A DNA stretch of 64,000 nucleotides from Blepharisma stoltei ATCC 30299. Its lineage: Eukaryota > Protista > Ciliophora. A program made the position numbers and the translations under genes. The stretch is taken from assembly GCA_965603825.1 (NCBI GenBank), contig CBFDEM010000043.1, forward strand, positions 434,001 through 498,000. Reading direction: 5' to 3'. How positions within the stretch are numbered: position 1 is the stretch's first letter; the number at the start of each line of letters is the position of its first letter. Of this stretch, positions 33,133 through 43,997 are shown piece after piece. The notes beneath the pieces were generated by a model, which was not told where the DNA came from, searched no databases, and saw nothing but the letters and a program-made list of their open reading frames with translations.

Positions 33133-34548
33133 ATGGTAAAGCAGTTTGCACTTTTATTCGTTGGATTGCTCTCAGTAGGCCTAGCAATGCCTCAAGATGT
33201 CCTTCCAAACTTGCAGTCAACCAACTACGATGCCAATATTGCCTTCATCCAAGGCTTCATGACCGGCTACGCAGGCACAGGCAGCGTTCCAGCTACCTGT
33301 TTCGATGCTACTGTTATCAACACCCTCAACGCTGACTTAGGATCATTCATGCTCTCTATGGCAGGCGGAAGCTTATCAAAAGCCATCGCCTCACTCGAGA
33401 CCTTTGCTAAAGACCTCATTACAGCCCAACTCCAATGTGGCCTCCAGATTGTTCCACAAAGCTTCGAAAAAGACATCCAAAGTGAAGGAGCTTTTTACCT
33501 TTTGGTCAACTTGATCCACAATGCTAAGAGCATTCAAAGCTCTTACTATGAGACAATCACTTACTTCCAACAACAACAATGGAACCAAGCCGGACAAAGC
33601 CTCGGAGCACTCGCTAAACTTGTTGTTCCACCAACCCCATCCAAGCTTGTTGGAGCTCCAAAATCCTCTCTAAGCGACTGGTCTAACTTCGCTGCAGGAT
33701 TACTCAATGGACTTGAAGGTTCAACCGCCACCCCTGGAAAATGCTACCAAGCCTTCTCAACAGTTGGCCAACAGTTACCTACAGTCATTGCAGCATTCGA
33801 AAAGGTAGAGACTGAAGGAATTGCTTACGTACTTGATTTCGCCAACGCAGTTAAAGCTTTCTTACCTTATGTAACCCCACTCAGCACCGACTGTGCCTGG
33901 AACACCCTTGAAGCCCAAATCGCTGCTATTTTCAACGGCGGAATTAAATCTTTCGCTATGAGATACTACACAAACATCAAGACTATTGATGCTGACCTCT
34001 CCAACGTCAGAGTTTGTGAAACCAACTTCAACGAATGTGGAAGATCTCTCGGAGAAGTCATGAGAATCCTTCTTAACTGGAGCTTGAACGCTGAAAAACT
34101 CCCTCACTTCGAAGCTACAAGCTACTCAGACTTAATGGTTTTCCTTGCTGGACTTACCAAAGGACTTGAAGGAGATGTTTCAACAACAGGACCATGCTAC
34201 CAAGCATTATTCGCTACCGGAACCAGCGCTAATACCATTATTGCTGAAATTGAAAAACTCGCAGGTGGAGACCTTACAGTTGTATCCCAGCTTATTGAGG
34301 ATCTTAAAGCTTTCCTTCCTCAAGCTCAATCAATTGATGGAGTCTGCCCATTCAAGACTCTCTTCGAAGCTGTTGATGCTGTATTTAAACCAGATGGCTT
34401 CAAGCCATTCTTTGCCAGATACTACAAATACATAAAGACTGTTAACGCTGATCTTTATAATGTAGTTAACTGCTCTGCTGACTATAGTCTCTGTGGACAA
34501 AGCCTTGGAAACGCAATTGACCTTCTTTTTAACTGGGCCCTTAACTAA
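33133..34548 (+). CDS. Secreted protein with three ~140-aa Cys-containing helical repeats
   Basis: Signal peptide; three repeats F..G...G......C...C...G.SLG; strong C-ending codon bias suggesting high expression. Confidence 0.9.
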   Translation: MVKQFALLFVGLLSVGLAMPQDVLPNLQSTNYDANIAFIQGFMTGYAGTGSVPATCFDATVINTLNADLGSFMLSMAGGSLSKAIASLETFAKDLITAQLQCGLQIVPQSFEKDIQSEGAFYLLVNLIHNAKSIQSSYYETITYFQQQQWNQAGQSLGALAKLVVPPTPSKLVGAPKSSLSDWSNFAAGLLNGLEGSTATPGKCYQAFSTVGQQLPTVIAAFEKVETEGIAYVLDFANAVKAFLPYVTPLSTDCAWNTLEAQIAAIFNGGIKSFAMRYYTNIKTIDADLSNVRVCETNFNECGRSLGEVMRILLNWSLNAEKLPHFEATSYSDLMVFLAGLTKGLEGDVSTTGPCYQALFATGTSANTIIAEIEKLAGGDLTVVSQLIEDLKAFLPQAQSIDGVCPFKTLFEAVDAVFKPDGFKPFFARYYKYIKTVNADLYNVVNCSADYSLCGQSLGNAIDLLFNWALN

Positions 34549-34672
34549 GATAGTCTTATTATAAAATTATTTTCTTTACAAAATTAATTATGCTGAGAAA
34601 TAAAATTTGCCTAAATTGATACATATTTCTCTAGGCAAAATATCAGATTTTTTAATAATTTTAAATTTAACA

Positions 34673-35656
34673 ATGCTAGATCACTTTTCAAAAGCTGAAG
34701 CTTACTATGTAAAGTTCTCCTGGGTTCGTAAATGCTACTACTATAAAATATTCCATCTTGCTGTTCAATTATTATATTTACTCGTTATTGGAGCGACTGC
34801 AATTGCAAACCCCGGGGATTGTTCATCACCAATTCAAGTCTTTTTAGAAGGATTATTCGGCCTTTACATTTCTGGAGTCATTATCAATTCAGTAGTAGGT
34901 GGAACAAGGCTATGCAAAGCATATATGGGAAATGGGATGCACAGACTCCGTTTTGAAGGTGTCACATTAGGAATTGACACTTGTTATTATCCAGTATATT
35001 TTGCGTTTACTTTATTTGAAGTTGCATGATATTTATTAGGAAGCGTATGGTATTTCCAAGACAATGATTGCAATAGTGAATATTCTGTAGGCGCAGGAAT
35101 CACTGTCACAATTTTGATTTTATGGTACATTTTTATCATTTGTTTGATAACCTCGTGTGTTTGGTTTAATTGGTACATACATCATGTAGATATGCCAAGA
35201 ATACAAAATCCGAAAGAAAATGAGGTAAAATTTGAGTACCCGAATGTTGATAAGAGACCTTATCCAGAGCCGAGTCCAATGAAAAGTGTATATAAAAATA
35301 CAGAAGATAGGACTTATCCTCAAACTCCAGCAAAAAATATAGAGGAAGAAAGGCAAAGGTATGAGAGAGATCCTGATGAAAGCTATAGGGATGATAAAGA
35401 TGTATATGGAGATGTGCAAGGAGGGGTAAAGTTATATGTGAAAAAGCCTGGAGTCATTTTTGAAGAAGATCCTAGGGTGTCTCAGGGATCTAATAATCAA
35501 AGACAAAAAGAAATTTATGAAGAAGATCCAGGACAGCAAGCTTATAATCAAAGACGGTTACCAAGGGCGAATTTTAGAGAAAATCCTTCAAGAGTAGAAG
35601 AACAGAATAACCAAAGGGAGTTGGAAATGAGAAAGTTTCCTCCGAATTATAACTAA
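34673..35656 (+). CDS. Four-TM membrane protein with disordered C-terminal tail
   Basis: ORFs join via TGA=W at 35027: DCSSPIQVFL, FEVAWYLLGSVWYFQDNDC; four hydrophobic segments. Confidence 0.75.
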
Positions 35657-36005
35657 TTAATTGGTGAGTGAGTTTATAAAGTAAAAAGCATTTATACGCT
35701 ATATAAAAATAAAACTAGCTTCTCAAACTGGCCATCATATATATTAAAATAGTCTGCCAGCTTAAGGTTTTTTCCTAATAGAACTAAATGAATTTTTCTG
35801 AACTAATCTACACTTACTGAGCATCATTTTGCATCTCCAGAAGTGCGAGCTTACGCTGCATACCCCAAATAATTGTATGTGGGTTTAAGATAAGAGTCTG
35901 GTAATTTCAGAACTACAAAACCATCAGGGCTTTCTGCCAAATGGGTTTCTGCATACCCTAGGTTAGGTCAGCCTTGCAGTATCAAAAATATTCATAAAAA
36001 CTAAT

Positions 36006-36827
36006 TTATTTTAAATCTTTACGAGAATTTATAGGTATCTGCTCTAAAACTGTTATTTTACCTAATTCGATTTCATATATATGAGCCCAATTTTTGCCAG
36101 TCACATATATCTTGCCATTATCATAAGCAATTCCATTCAATACTTCTCCTGCATTTCATGAGCTATATTCCCCATCTTGCTCTAGCCCAGTTAGATTTAC
36201 CCACGAATTTATCTTCCCAGTAGAGGGATCAATTCTAATTATATAATGTGCATACCAAATATTCGCCCAAATTTCTCCATCAACCCATTCAAGCTCATTA
36301 ATTCTAGTTATTCGCTGACCTAGTGATGTAACCAAAATGGTCTTAATGATAGAATAATCTGCTGGATTCATGACATAAATTTTATGTGATCCATCTGAAA
36401 TGTATAAATAAGTGCCATCAGAGCAAATCCCCCAGCCTTCTTTTAGAGCAGCAGGATATTTAACAGTTTCAATCAAGTCAAAAGTGTTTATGTCATAAAC
36501 CATCATTACATTTTCCTTTCATGTTAGCTGGAATAGCTTGTTATTCCATTCAGTTAAACCTTCACCGAAGTGCTTTTTATTGAGAGCTTTTGACTTAATT
36601 TTTGTATTATTAGTCAGATGAAGGTGCTGAAGCTCGCTTCTACCGTATAACCCAGTAGATTGATAAATTGAATTTCCTTTCACTAAGAATCCTTGACTAG
36701 ATAGCTATTACGTGAAATCTTGCTTAGAGTGTGGATATGTATTTACCACTCTGAAGTCATGAACTGCGACCTTTTCTTGAGCATTTGTCAAAAAATAAGG
36801 TAAATATAAGAAGAATGAAAAAAACAT
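36006..36827 (-). CDS. Glutaminyl cyclase / glutamine cyclotransferase, plant-bacterial beta-propeller type (1 tiny intron)
   Basis: Signal peptide, YPH...FT|QG, STGLYG.S, FGEGLT, QLTW(TGA), EGWGI, SDGS, NELEW..G.IWANIW, VLNGIAYD, VTGKNW. Confidence 0.92.
36697..36711 (-). other. 15-nt spliceosomal intron GTAATAGCTATCTAG
   Basis: Removal restores the conserved FTQG motif (AC|T) and deletes in-frame TAA TAG. Confidence 0.92.
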
Positions 36828-37016
36828 ATTTTTACAAAATTTTTAATTGAAATTAATATATATGCTTTCTAATCAATTTTTCCTATTATAGCTCTCCTCT
36901 CGCGTTTTTATAAATTTATTTTGAAGTTTTACATCAAATACCTCATGTTTGAAAATGAGTGGAAAATATAACCCCATTACCGCAAAATACCTTCTCCCAG
37001 TAATAACCTTAATTAA

Positions 37017-37658
37017 ATGGATGAAGAAAGCCCTGCAATCCTAGCCAAACTGGAGACAGCTTACCTTGAAGCAATGAACGAGCTTTCTGACATGTCAGGA
37101 TGGGAGCCTATTCGAGACTGATCCGATCTCTTTACATTCCGTAAAAACACCGAATCTGGCCTCGACAAACTAAAAATCGAATCATACATTGACAGGCCTC
37201 CTCAAAAAGTCTGTGACTATTTTTATGAAAATTTCAGCAAAGTTTACTGTGAACTTAATCCAGACGTTGTCGCTAAATTTGAAGTTCTAAAACATTTTTC
37301 AGACGGCACTGGGAGGGTGAAATATGACTTAATTAACGTCCCAGTCCCTGGGATTTCAAAAAGAGAAGCTGTATACTTCTGCAAGAAACTCCAGTTTGAC
37401 GAAAACACATTTGGCTTTGTAGACACTTCTATAGATTATGAAGAAGTAAAAGCTGACGAAGGCTCTATAAGAGTAGATTTAAAATATGGTCTTCACCTAT
37501 TTGAGCCTCTTGCTGGAAACCCAGCAAAAACCCATTTATCATCCGTTTCTTTAGCTGACCCTAAAGGAAGTATCCCAGCCTCAGTCATAAATTTAGGATT
37601 AGGCAAGAGATCAGATTTCTATCGAACTTTTATCGATATTCTCCTCAAAGATATTTAA
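37017..37658 (+). CDS. START lipid-binding domain protein
   Basis: SGWEP.RDW(TGA), VPVPGISKRE, LADPKGSIPASVIN motif; ends TAA. Confidence 0.85.
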
Positions 37659-37693
37659 GGCCAATTCTCTTATAAAAAACTTTTAGAAATGTC

Positions 37694-38011
37694 TTAATTT
37701 TGTACTGTTTTATATCCACACTTCGGGCACTCTAAAAACACCGTTTCTCCTTCATCAGCGCTCCTCATCTGTCGTGAAGTGTAATACATTTTCTGTGCCC
37801 CGCATTGCGAGCATTCTATATTCATTGTAGCTCGGGCTGCTTTGATGATTTCTTGATCCCATCCTCTTCTCCCAGGGTAATTTCTTTCAATTGTGATTTC
37901 TTTGTCTTTTAGCTCGTTTGCTGTGTTGCATCTGCCACATATAGGGATTTCGCCAAGTAGACTTTTGCACTCTGTGCAAAATTGTACAGGAGGTGAAAGC
38001 TCAGATGACAT
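37694..38011 (-). CDS. RPA12: RNA polymerase I subunit RPA12 (TFIIS-like zinc ribbons)
   Basis: FCTECKSLL..C..C and CSQCG...YYTSRQMRSADEGETVFLECPKCG. Confidence 0.88.
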   Translation of the reverse strand: MSSELSPPVQFCTECKSLLGEIPICGRCNTANELKDKEITIERNYPGRRGWDQEIIKAARATMNIECSQCGAQKMYYTSRQMRSADEGETVFLECPKCGYKTVQN

Positions 38012-38079
38012 TTATAATTTAGCATAAATCATAAGAAATTTATATGATAGCAAATAGCTAGTCAAATTTATCGTAAAAT

Positions 38080-39627
38080 TTAATAATAAAGCTCAGCTAC
38101 ATTTTCTTCTTCTTCTTGATCCAAAACTGGCCACCACTTTGTGTAAACCCTTCTGAGCCCTCTGCAAGCTCCTTCCCACAGCTGAAAATCTAGATTGTAA
38201 ATTTTCTTGCTCCCAAGCATCCTTATTGGTACGAGTAATTTCATTGGGTTTTTTATGATAAATCGAAATTTGCTTTCATTGTCTTCTCGAAAATTTTCTG
38301 GAGTTATTTCATTATATTCTTCTCCACTCAGGACATCTATTAGCTCGACTCTTCCTAAAAGGACCCCTGTCGGATATTTATCAGGAAATGAAGGCTTATC
38401 AGGGGCATTTCCATATAAATTTGTGTAGAAGCTTTCAACTGCAGCTATATCTTCAGGTGTTGGCCTTCTAGCACTGGCATGAATCCATAATGGGCCTCTA
38501 TAGTCAGTTGACCAATTTCTCCCTTCTACTCTTTTAAAGCCATATACCAACAATGAAGCTCATGGCTGATGCATAGTCAAGCATTGCCTTTTATCTTGAC
38601 CTTCCGTAAATATCATCGGATCATGGATTTTTGGCTTCTCGACCTTTGCAGCCAGCTCTGCAAAAGGATCTTCATTCTGCACAACCGAAAAAGCTTCTTT
38701 TTTTGGTTTTTCTTTGACAGGCTCGTTTTTCAGTTTACTCATAACTTGTTCATACACAACCCTAACTTTATCATCCAAATCTGTACTTGCATGGAGCCTT
38801 TTAGAAGCCTCAATAAAAAATTTCCCAGCTTTTTCTTTTTGTTGAACCTTATCTTTTTCTACAACCTTTTTAGAGCGAATATCAGCGTCCACTGTTGCAT
38901 TAGCTAAATCGACGGTAACGTGCATGGTTCGGTTTGCTGATTCTGCTCTTTCTTTTTGTTCTTTTTCCATTTTTAAAGCAGCTTCTCTGTCTTCTGGAGA
39001 AAACCAGGCATTGTTGGCGATGTCAAATCAATCTGTGTGGTCATCTATTACTGCTAAGCGCTCATCTGTGTTCTGGTCGAAGGCTAGAAGCTTTTCTTTA
39101 TGCTGGATAGCTTGGATATAAGATTTTTCGTCAGGAAGGGTTTGTGGGACTTCTCCTTTAGGCACTACCATATGACCACAATACATGCAAGGGCCTCTCC
39201 CTTCTATTGCGCAAACTATTTTTCCACAAGCTAAACAGTTTCCTATGAGTTCATGTGTAGTTGCCATACAGTAGCACAACCTTTTAGAAACAAAAGCAGG
39301 GCCGTTCAGTTCTTTTTGCAGCCTTTCCATATTAGGCTTATTCATCTCGATCTTGACTGGCTTCTTTTTCTTGATTTTCTTTTGAATTGCAAATCTTTTT
39401 TCAATAAAACTGTCAATAAAGTCCAATTTTCTAGCTCTCAAAAGTAAGGAAGACTGAGATGTGTCGTCGTCTTCAACCCCAAGCATTGATGATAATTCTG
39501 CTCTGACCTGATCTGGCTCTTGGATAGTTAAAATGTAATTTGCCATCTCAGTGATCATTTGTGGATCGTTAAGAGATCTTAATAGATCAGACATGTGACT
39601 GAGAGCCCAGGTCTTGATCTCTTCCAT
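38080..39627 (-). CDS. TRIP4: Activating signal cointegrator 1 (ASC-1/TRIP4): PWI-like + zf-C2HC5 + ASCH
   Basis: CYCMATTHELIGNCLACGKIVCAIEGRGPCMYC, VIDDHTDW(TGA)F, CLTMHQPW(TGA)ASLLVYGFKRVEGRNW.TDYRGPLWIHA. Confidence 0.93.
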
Positions 39628-39700
39628 AATATTATTATGCTTTTAGGCATTTCCTAATCCTTTTTAGTTGTAAATATTAGTTTTCTTAGATTAAGACTAT

Positions 39701-40747
39701 TTATGAAGAAATCTTCTCGAGAACTAACAAATGATATTGTGGCCAATGATTAACATCAGCTGTATCAACAAAGTCTGACATCTCTTTGATAAATAATTCA
39801 TATATTGCATTCCTTTCTTCATCACTCCTATTGACTGCTTTCTGTATAACTCCTTTTAAAGAAGCTGCTGCAAGTCTCTTAAGCCCATTAACATAATTAG
39901 CTTTTTCTTCATCTGGAAGATTATCAATACCAGGAATCCTGCTTTCTCCTACTTGTGTAAATAAAATAGCTCTATACAAGTCAGAGATTTCATTAATGGC
40001 ATTTTGGACTTCTTCAATAGTTCTTCCATACATAGGGATCGTTATGTTTTTCTTTTCTTCTTCAGTAATATACCCTTTGTTAAACGAATTTTCTGTAGTA
40101 GCATTAATGATAGTAGTTGATGCAGCTGTTGATATAGACTCGGTTAAAAATTGTATAACTAATCTTCCTGAGCTAACTAATTCTTTGTGTCTTTGGCGCA
40201 GGAGTGTGACTAAATCATTATGTGCCACTTTTGATACTAAAGCTTTGAACTCAGGGTTGTTTGAGCAGGAAGGCACACAATTGTCTGGAGCACTAATAGG
40301 CTGGGATAGCCAGTGAAGAGCTGCAGATGAAAGCCCAATATGAACTGAGTTATTTGGCAAAATTTGGTCATAAAATGATCGTCCTATTGCTGAAAAATAG
40401 ACATTTGGAAGTTTGATATATGAGTCTTCAAACTCCAAAATTGTTTTAAAAGTCTTCACCCAATTGTTGTCTGGCAAGTCATTGTGAAAAACAAGAATAG
40501 GGCTGCTTGAAGTTTCTCTAAATTTTGAAAGAGTTTGTCTTAAAAATACCATTGAGTTATAGCCCTCAGATGATCCATAATCCGCAATGACAATTTGTTC
40601 ATTATTTAGGGTGCTAATATGGTTAAGGCACTCAATAAAAGTATCTGATGCTTTTAATAGCTGAAGTCTTTGATGAAGTGATCCTTCATTATATCCATGA
40701 AGAGCAAATCCTCCTGTTGACATATTTTTGATAAGATGTTTTAACAT
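39701..40747 (-). CDS. SABATH-family SAM-dependent carboxyl methyltransferase (Methyltransf_7)
   Basis: IADYGSSEGYNS, FHNDLPDNNW, GRSFYDQILPNNSVH..SSAALHWLS, LLRQRHKELVSSGRLV. Confidence 0.88.
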   Translation of the reverse strand: MLKHLIKNMSTGGFALHGYNEGSLHQRLQLLKASDTFIECLNHISTLNNEQIVIADYGSSEGYNSMVFLRQTLSKFRETSSSPILVFHNDLPDNNWVKTFKTILEFEDSYIKLPNVYFSAIGRSFYDQILPNNSVHIGLSSAALHWLSQPISAPDNCVPSCSNNPEFKALVSKVAHNDLVTLLRQRHKELVSSGRLVIQFLTESISTAASTTIINATTENSFNKGYITEEEKKNITIPMYGRTIEEVQNAINEISDLYRAILFTQVGESRIPGIDNLPDEEKANYVNGLKRLAAASLKGVIQKAVNRSDEERNAIYELFIKEMSDFVDTADVNHWPQYHLLVLEKISS

Positions 40748-40826
40748 AAAAATTTATGGAGAATATTTTTATTATTGGGCAAATAATTTAATAATAATTT
40801 TTGTAAATAAATCTAATTTTGATTAT

Positions 40827-41879
40827 TTAAAAATAAAGTGAACTTAATAAATTCTGGATATAAGAACTCATCTTCCTCCAAGTTTCGTTATCGCAGGACA
40901 GAGCTTTCAAATAATCTTCGAACTCAGGGCCTGTTAAATTGTCAAATACAGTTCTTTCATAAGTACAACCTACACCTGATAGATCCAAAAAGCTAGCTTT
41001 ACCTATTTCAAATGCGCTTTGGAAGTTCCTGGGAAAGATATATAGTTCTAATCCATTTCCTGACATCATAATTGAGTGTGGTATATTATTTTCAATAAAA
41101 TAATTCACTACCATCCCAGCTACATTTCCAATTGATTCACTTGCCTCTGAAACTGCAGCATCGCTTACTTCCTGATTAGGTGTGATTACAAGGCACTTTG
41201 CTGGATACTCTACTTGGAAAAGTCTGACTCCTACAGTAAACATGTTAATTTCATCCACATCTTTATGCTGTAATGTAGACTCTAATAGCAAAGTCTTCGG
41301 GGATTTTTCAATTGGAAATTGGCTCAGCCCAATTTCATTTAAGAAAATAACATCAAAATGCAGATGATTAGTGTCAGTGTTTGCTCCTAATGAGTCATAC
41401 CCCAATCTCATCGATGTACCTCTAAATAAACGGAAAGTATTTAAAGCTAATGTCAACAGCTCAGTACTTATCGCTTGAGGCAAATGCTCATCAGGGAATA
41501 GCGACAAATAAACATGTCCAGTCGTCCAAGGCACTGGATTGATAAAAAGAGGATGCAAAGAATCTTCAACCTCTTCGTCACAAATTTCTTTTGACTCTTC
41601 TGATGGCTTTTCTTTCATAATTTCTTCATTATCAAAATCAATCCAACAAAGCACCGTGTTGGTGTCCTGGGTGTTAAAAAATTCAGCTGTGTCTTCAAAA
41701 TTACTAAAGGCTGTCCCTGTTATTGGGCTTGGAGTATGAGGTGCTTCATCATTATAAAGCAGCCGATACTGTCCTAGTTCTTTCCGCTGAGTCCTTTCAA
41801 TTTTCAAGCGAAATGCTGCTGCAAGTTCTTGATAATGCTGGTTCCACAAGTCAATCACAATATCAAGGTTTTCGCTCAT
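40827..41879 (-). CDS. GDP-D-glucose phosphorylase / VTC2-like HIT protein (variant motif)
   Basis: LFINPVP..GHV, LPQ, MRLGYDSLGA...NHLHF, FPIE, NNIPH, YIFPR. Confidence 0.85.
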   Translation of the reverse strand: MSENLDIVIDLWNQHYQELAAAFRLKIERTQRKELGQYRLLYNDEAPHTPSPITGTAFSNFEDTAEFFNTQDTNTVLCWIDFDNEEIMKEKPSEESKEICDEEVEDSLHPLFINPVPWTTGHVYLSLFPDEHLPQAISTELLTLALNTFRLFRGTSMRLGYDSLGANTDTNHLHFDVIFLNEIGLSQFPIEKSPKTLLLESTLQHKDVDEINMFTVGVRLFQVEYPAKCLVITPNQEVSDAAVSEASESIGNVAGMVVNYFIENNIPHSIMMSGNGLELYIFPRNFQSAFEIGKASFLDLSGVGCTYERTVFDNLTGPEFEDYLKALSCDNETWRKMSSYIQNLLSSLYF

Positions 41880-41938
41880 TTTTATTATAAGCATTTGAAT
41901 TATCAAGAAAAATGCATTTTTTTAGGAATTTTGTTATT

Positions 41939-42835
41939 TTAAGACCTTGGGCTAACTTGGATATTATTAAGCCTTTCTAAAACATGAATTAAGGCTTGTG
42001 TACCTTTGCGGGATTCTCCATTAGCGACTAATGATAGATAAAATTGGTTTACCATTGAGAGTCCTGGGAGGCAAAGTTCAAGCCTTTTGCTTTCTTCTAA
42101 AGCCATGCCAAGATCTTTAACGAAATGCTCGATATAAAATCCAGGCTCAAGGTCTCCACGTACAATTCTTGGGCCAAGGACTCTTAAAGAAGCAGATCCT
42201 GCAGCTCCAGCGCTTATAAGTGTAATCATTTGGTTTAAATCTAAGCCTGCTTTATATGCATAAACAAGTCCTTCGACCATTCCAATCATATTTCCTGTTA
42301 AGATGATTTGATTTGTCAATTTTGTATGTTGGCCTGCCCCAGGAGCTCCCATATGTTCAATATTGGCTCCATAGGTTTTCATAATTTCTCTAGCTCTGCT
42401 AAATCCATCTGCCGAACCTCCACACATAATTGCTAGTTTGCCTTCTCTAGCTCCTACATCTCCTCCTGAGACAGGGGCATCTACAACTTCAATATTTTTG
42501 GCTCTTGCCGCTTCAGCGATTCTTATAGCTAAGCCTGGACTTGATGATGTGTGATCTACTAATAAAGAACCAGGCTGTAAAGACTCTAATAAGCCGCCTT
42601 GGCTTAATATAACTTCTTCGACGTCACGAGGATATCCAACCATTGTGAAGACAACTTGGCAAGTTTCAGCAATTTCTTTAATTGAAGCAAATTTAGCTCC
42701 TTGAGATGTTAAAGAATCTGCCTTGGCAGGAGTCCTGTTATAGACAGAAAGACTGTAGCCAGCACGGATAAGATGTTCAGCCATAGAGCGGCCCATAACA
42801 CCAGTTCCTACCCAACCAATTCGTAGTCCTGCCAT
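41939..42835 (-). CDS. Beta-hydroxyacid dehydrogenase (3-hydroxyisobutyrate dehydrogenase-like)
   Basis: IGWVGTGVMG, VYNRT, DAPVSGGDVGA, GAGQHTKLTNQ, PGFYIEHFVKDLG. Confidence 0.93.
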   Translation of the reverse strand: MAGLRIGWVGTGVMGRSMAEHLIRAGYSLSVYNRTPAKADSLTSQGAKFASIKEIAETCQVVFTMVGYPRDVEEVILSQGGLLESLQPGSLLVDHTSSSPGLAIRIAEAARAKNIEVVDAPVSGGDVGAREGKLAIMCGGSADGFSRAREIMKTYGANIEHMGAPGAGQHTKLTNQIILTGNMIGMVEGLVYAYKAGLDLNQMITLISAGAAGSASLRVLGPRIVRGDLEPGFYIEHFVKDLGMALEESKRLELCLPGLSMVNQFYLSLVANGESRKGTQALIHVLERLNNIQVSPRS

Positions 42836-43046
42836 TTTATAAATTCACCAAATTCGAGATATTAATAAGTACCTATCTGAAATGTGATTAAAAATTATTT
42901 ATTTTCTTAAACTTACCAATAGAATATTTTTAGAATCTAGACTAGTTATTTCTTTAAATATGATAATATAATAAAAATAAGCACATAGAATACGAAAAAT
43001 GATAAAGAATGACAATCTATTATGTTGATTAGAAGCTTAATATCAA

Positions 43047-43961
43047 TTAACTTCGTTTTAGAACATTTATAGAGCCACGAACACTGCTGCTTAGTACTGA
43101 AGTTTCATTTTCTTCTTCTATTATTGTCCCATCCATCGCAAATGGCTTATAGGTTTGATCTAGTCTAGTTTTGCATCGGTTGCACATAGCTTCTCTGACT
43201 TCAGATAAAGGTAAACTGCTTTTAATTCTGTTTGTTAAATGCTCAATTTGTGATGCTAATTCTTCTTTTCTATCTCTAAGATTTTCAGACTCAATTCTAT
43301 ATTTTTCAAGCTGTTTCTCTCCTTCATGAACCTGATTACTAATTTCCTGCTCATTATTATGGGAAACATCTAGTGATTTTCTTAAATCTTCCACTAAATT
43401 TTTTGATTTTTCTCCTCTTTCAAGGACTTCGTTCAGTTTTTCTTGCATACTTTGCTCTTTTTCCCTTTGGATTCTTTCTGCTTTTGTAAGGTCTGATTCA
43501 AGCTGACTGATTTTTTGGGTTTTTTCTGTGTGTTCTTTAAGAAGTCTCTCATTCATTTCTTTTTGATGCTGTACTTCGCTCTGTAGTTTTGCAATTTCTT
43601 CTTCGATTTCTTTTTTAATCTCTTCTCTAATTAGTTCTCGATTGCAATTATCACAAATTCTTTGTTTTTTAGGCAGATTTTCATATTGGCGGCGTTTCAT
43701 TGAGTGATCATCACATACAGAATTTCCACAAAACCTGCAGTGATGTCTTCTGATAGTTAAATTAAATTTCCTATCACAGATAAAGCATTTATTATCAAGT
43801 TTTCAATCATGATCCCCTTCACCAGTTTTTCCGAACGGTGATCTAGTAAAAATCGATGAAGTAGATGAAGCCAATGATTGATTGGCGCTGAATCTGTCGA
43901 GCTCATTTCCTTTCGATTCATCATTAGTGCTCAGTTGGCTAGGATTTGATCTATGTGACAT
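43047..43961 (-). CDS. FYVE zinc finger + coiled-coil protein
   Basis: Upstream extension of the track ORF: W(TGA)KLD, CFIC..KFNLTIRRHHCRFCGNSVCDDHS, RICDNC. Confidence 0.9.
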
Positions 43962-43997
43962 ATAAGGTATTATAATTTAATTTAAATATAAAAACAT

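Noticed and set aside
35750-35995. Telomerase RNA, RNase P/MRP or snRNA call
   Set aside because: No CCCTAACA-type template, no pairing CR-I/CR-V, no U1/U2/U5/U6 signature; kept only as an unexplained island.
37017-42835. A metabolic gene cluster (START, SABATH, GDPGP1-like, dehydrogenase)
   Set aside because: The genes are interleaved with unrelated housekeeping genes (RPA12, TRIP4) and form no coherent pathway; adjacency is expected in a compact genome.
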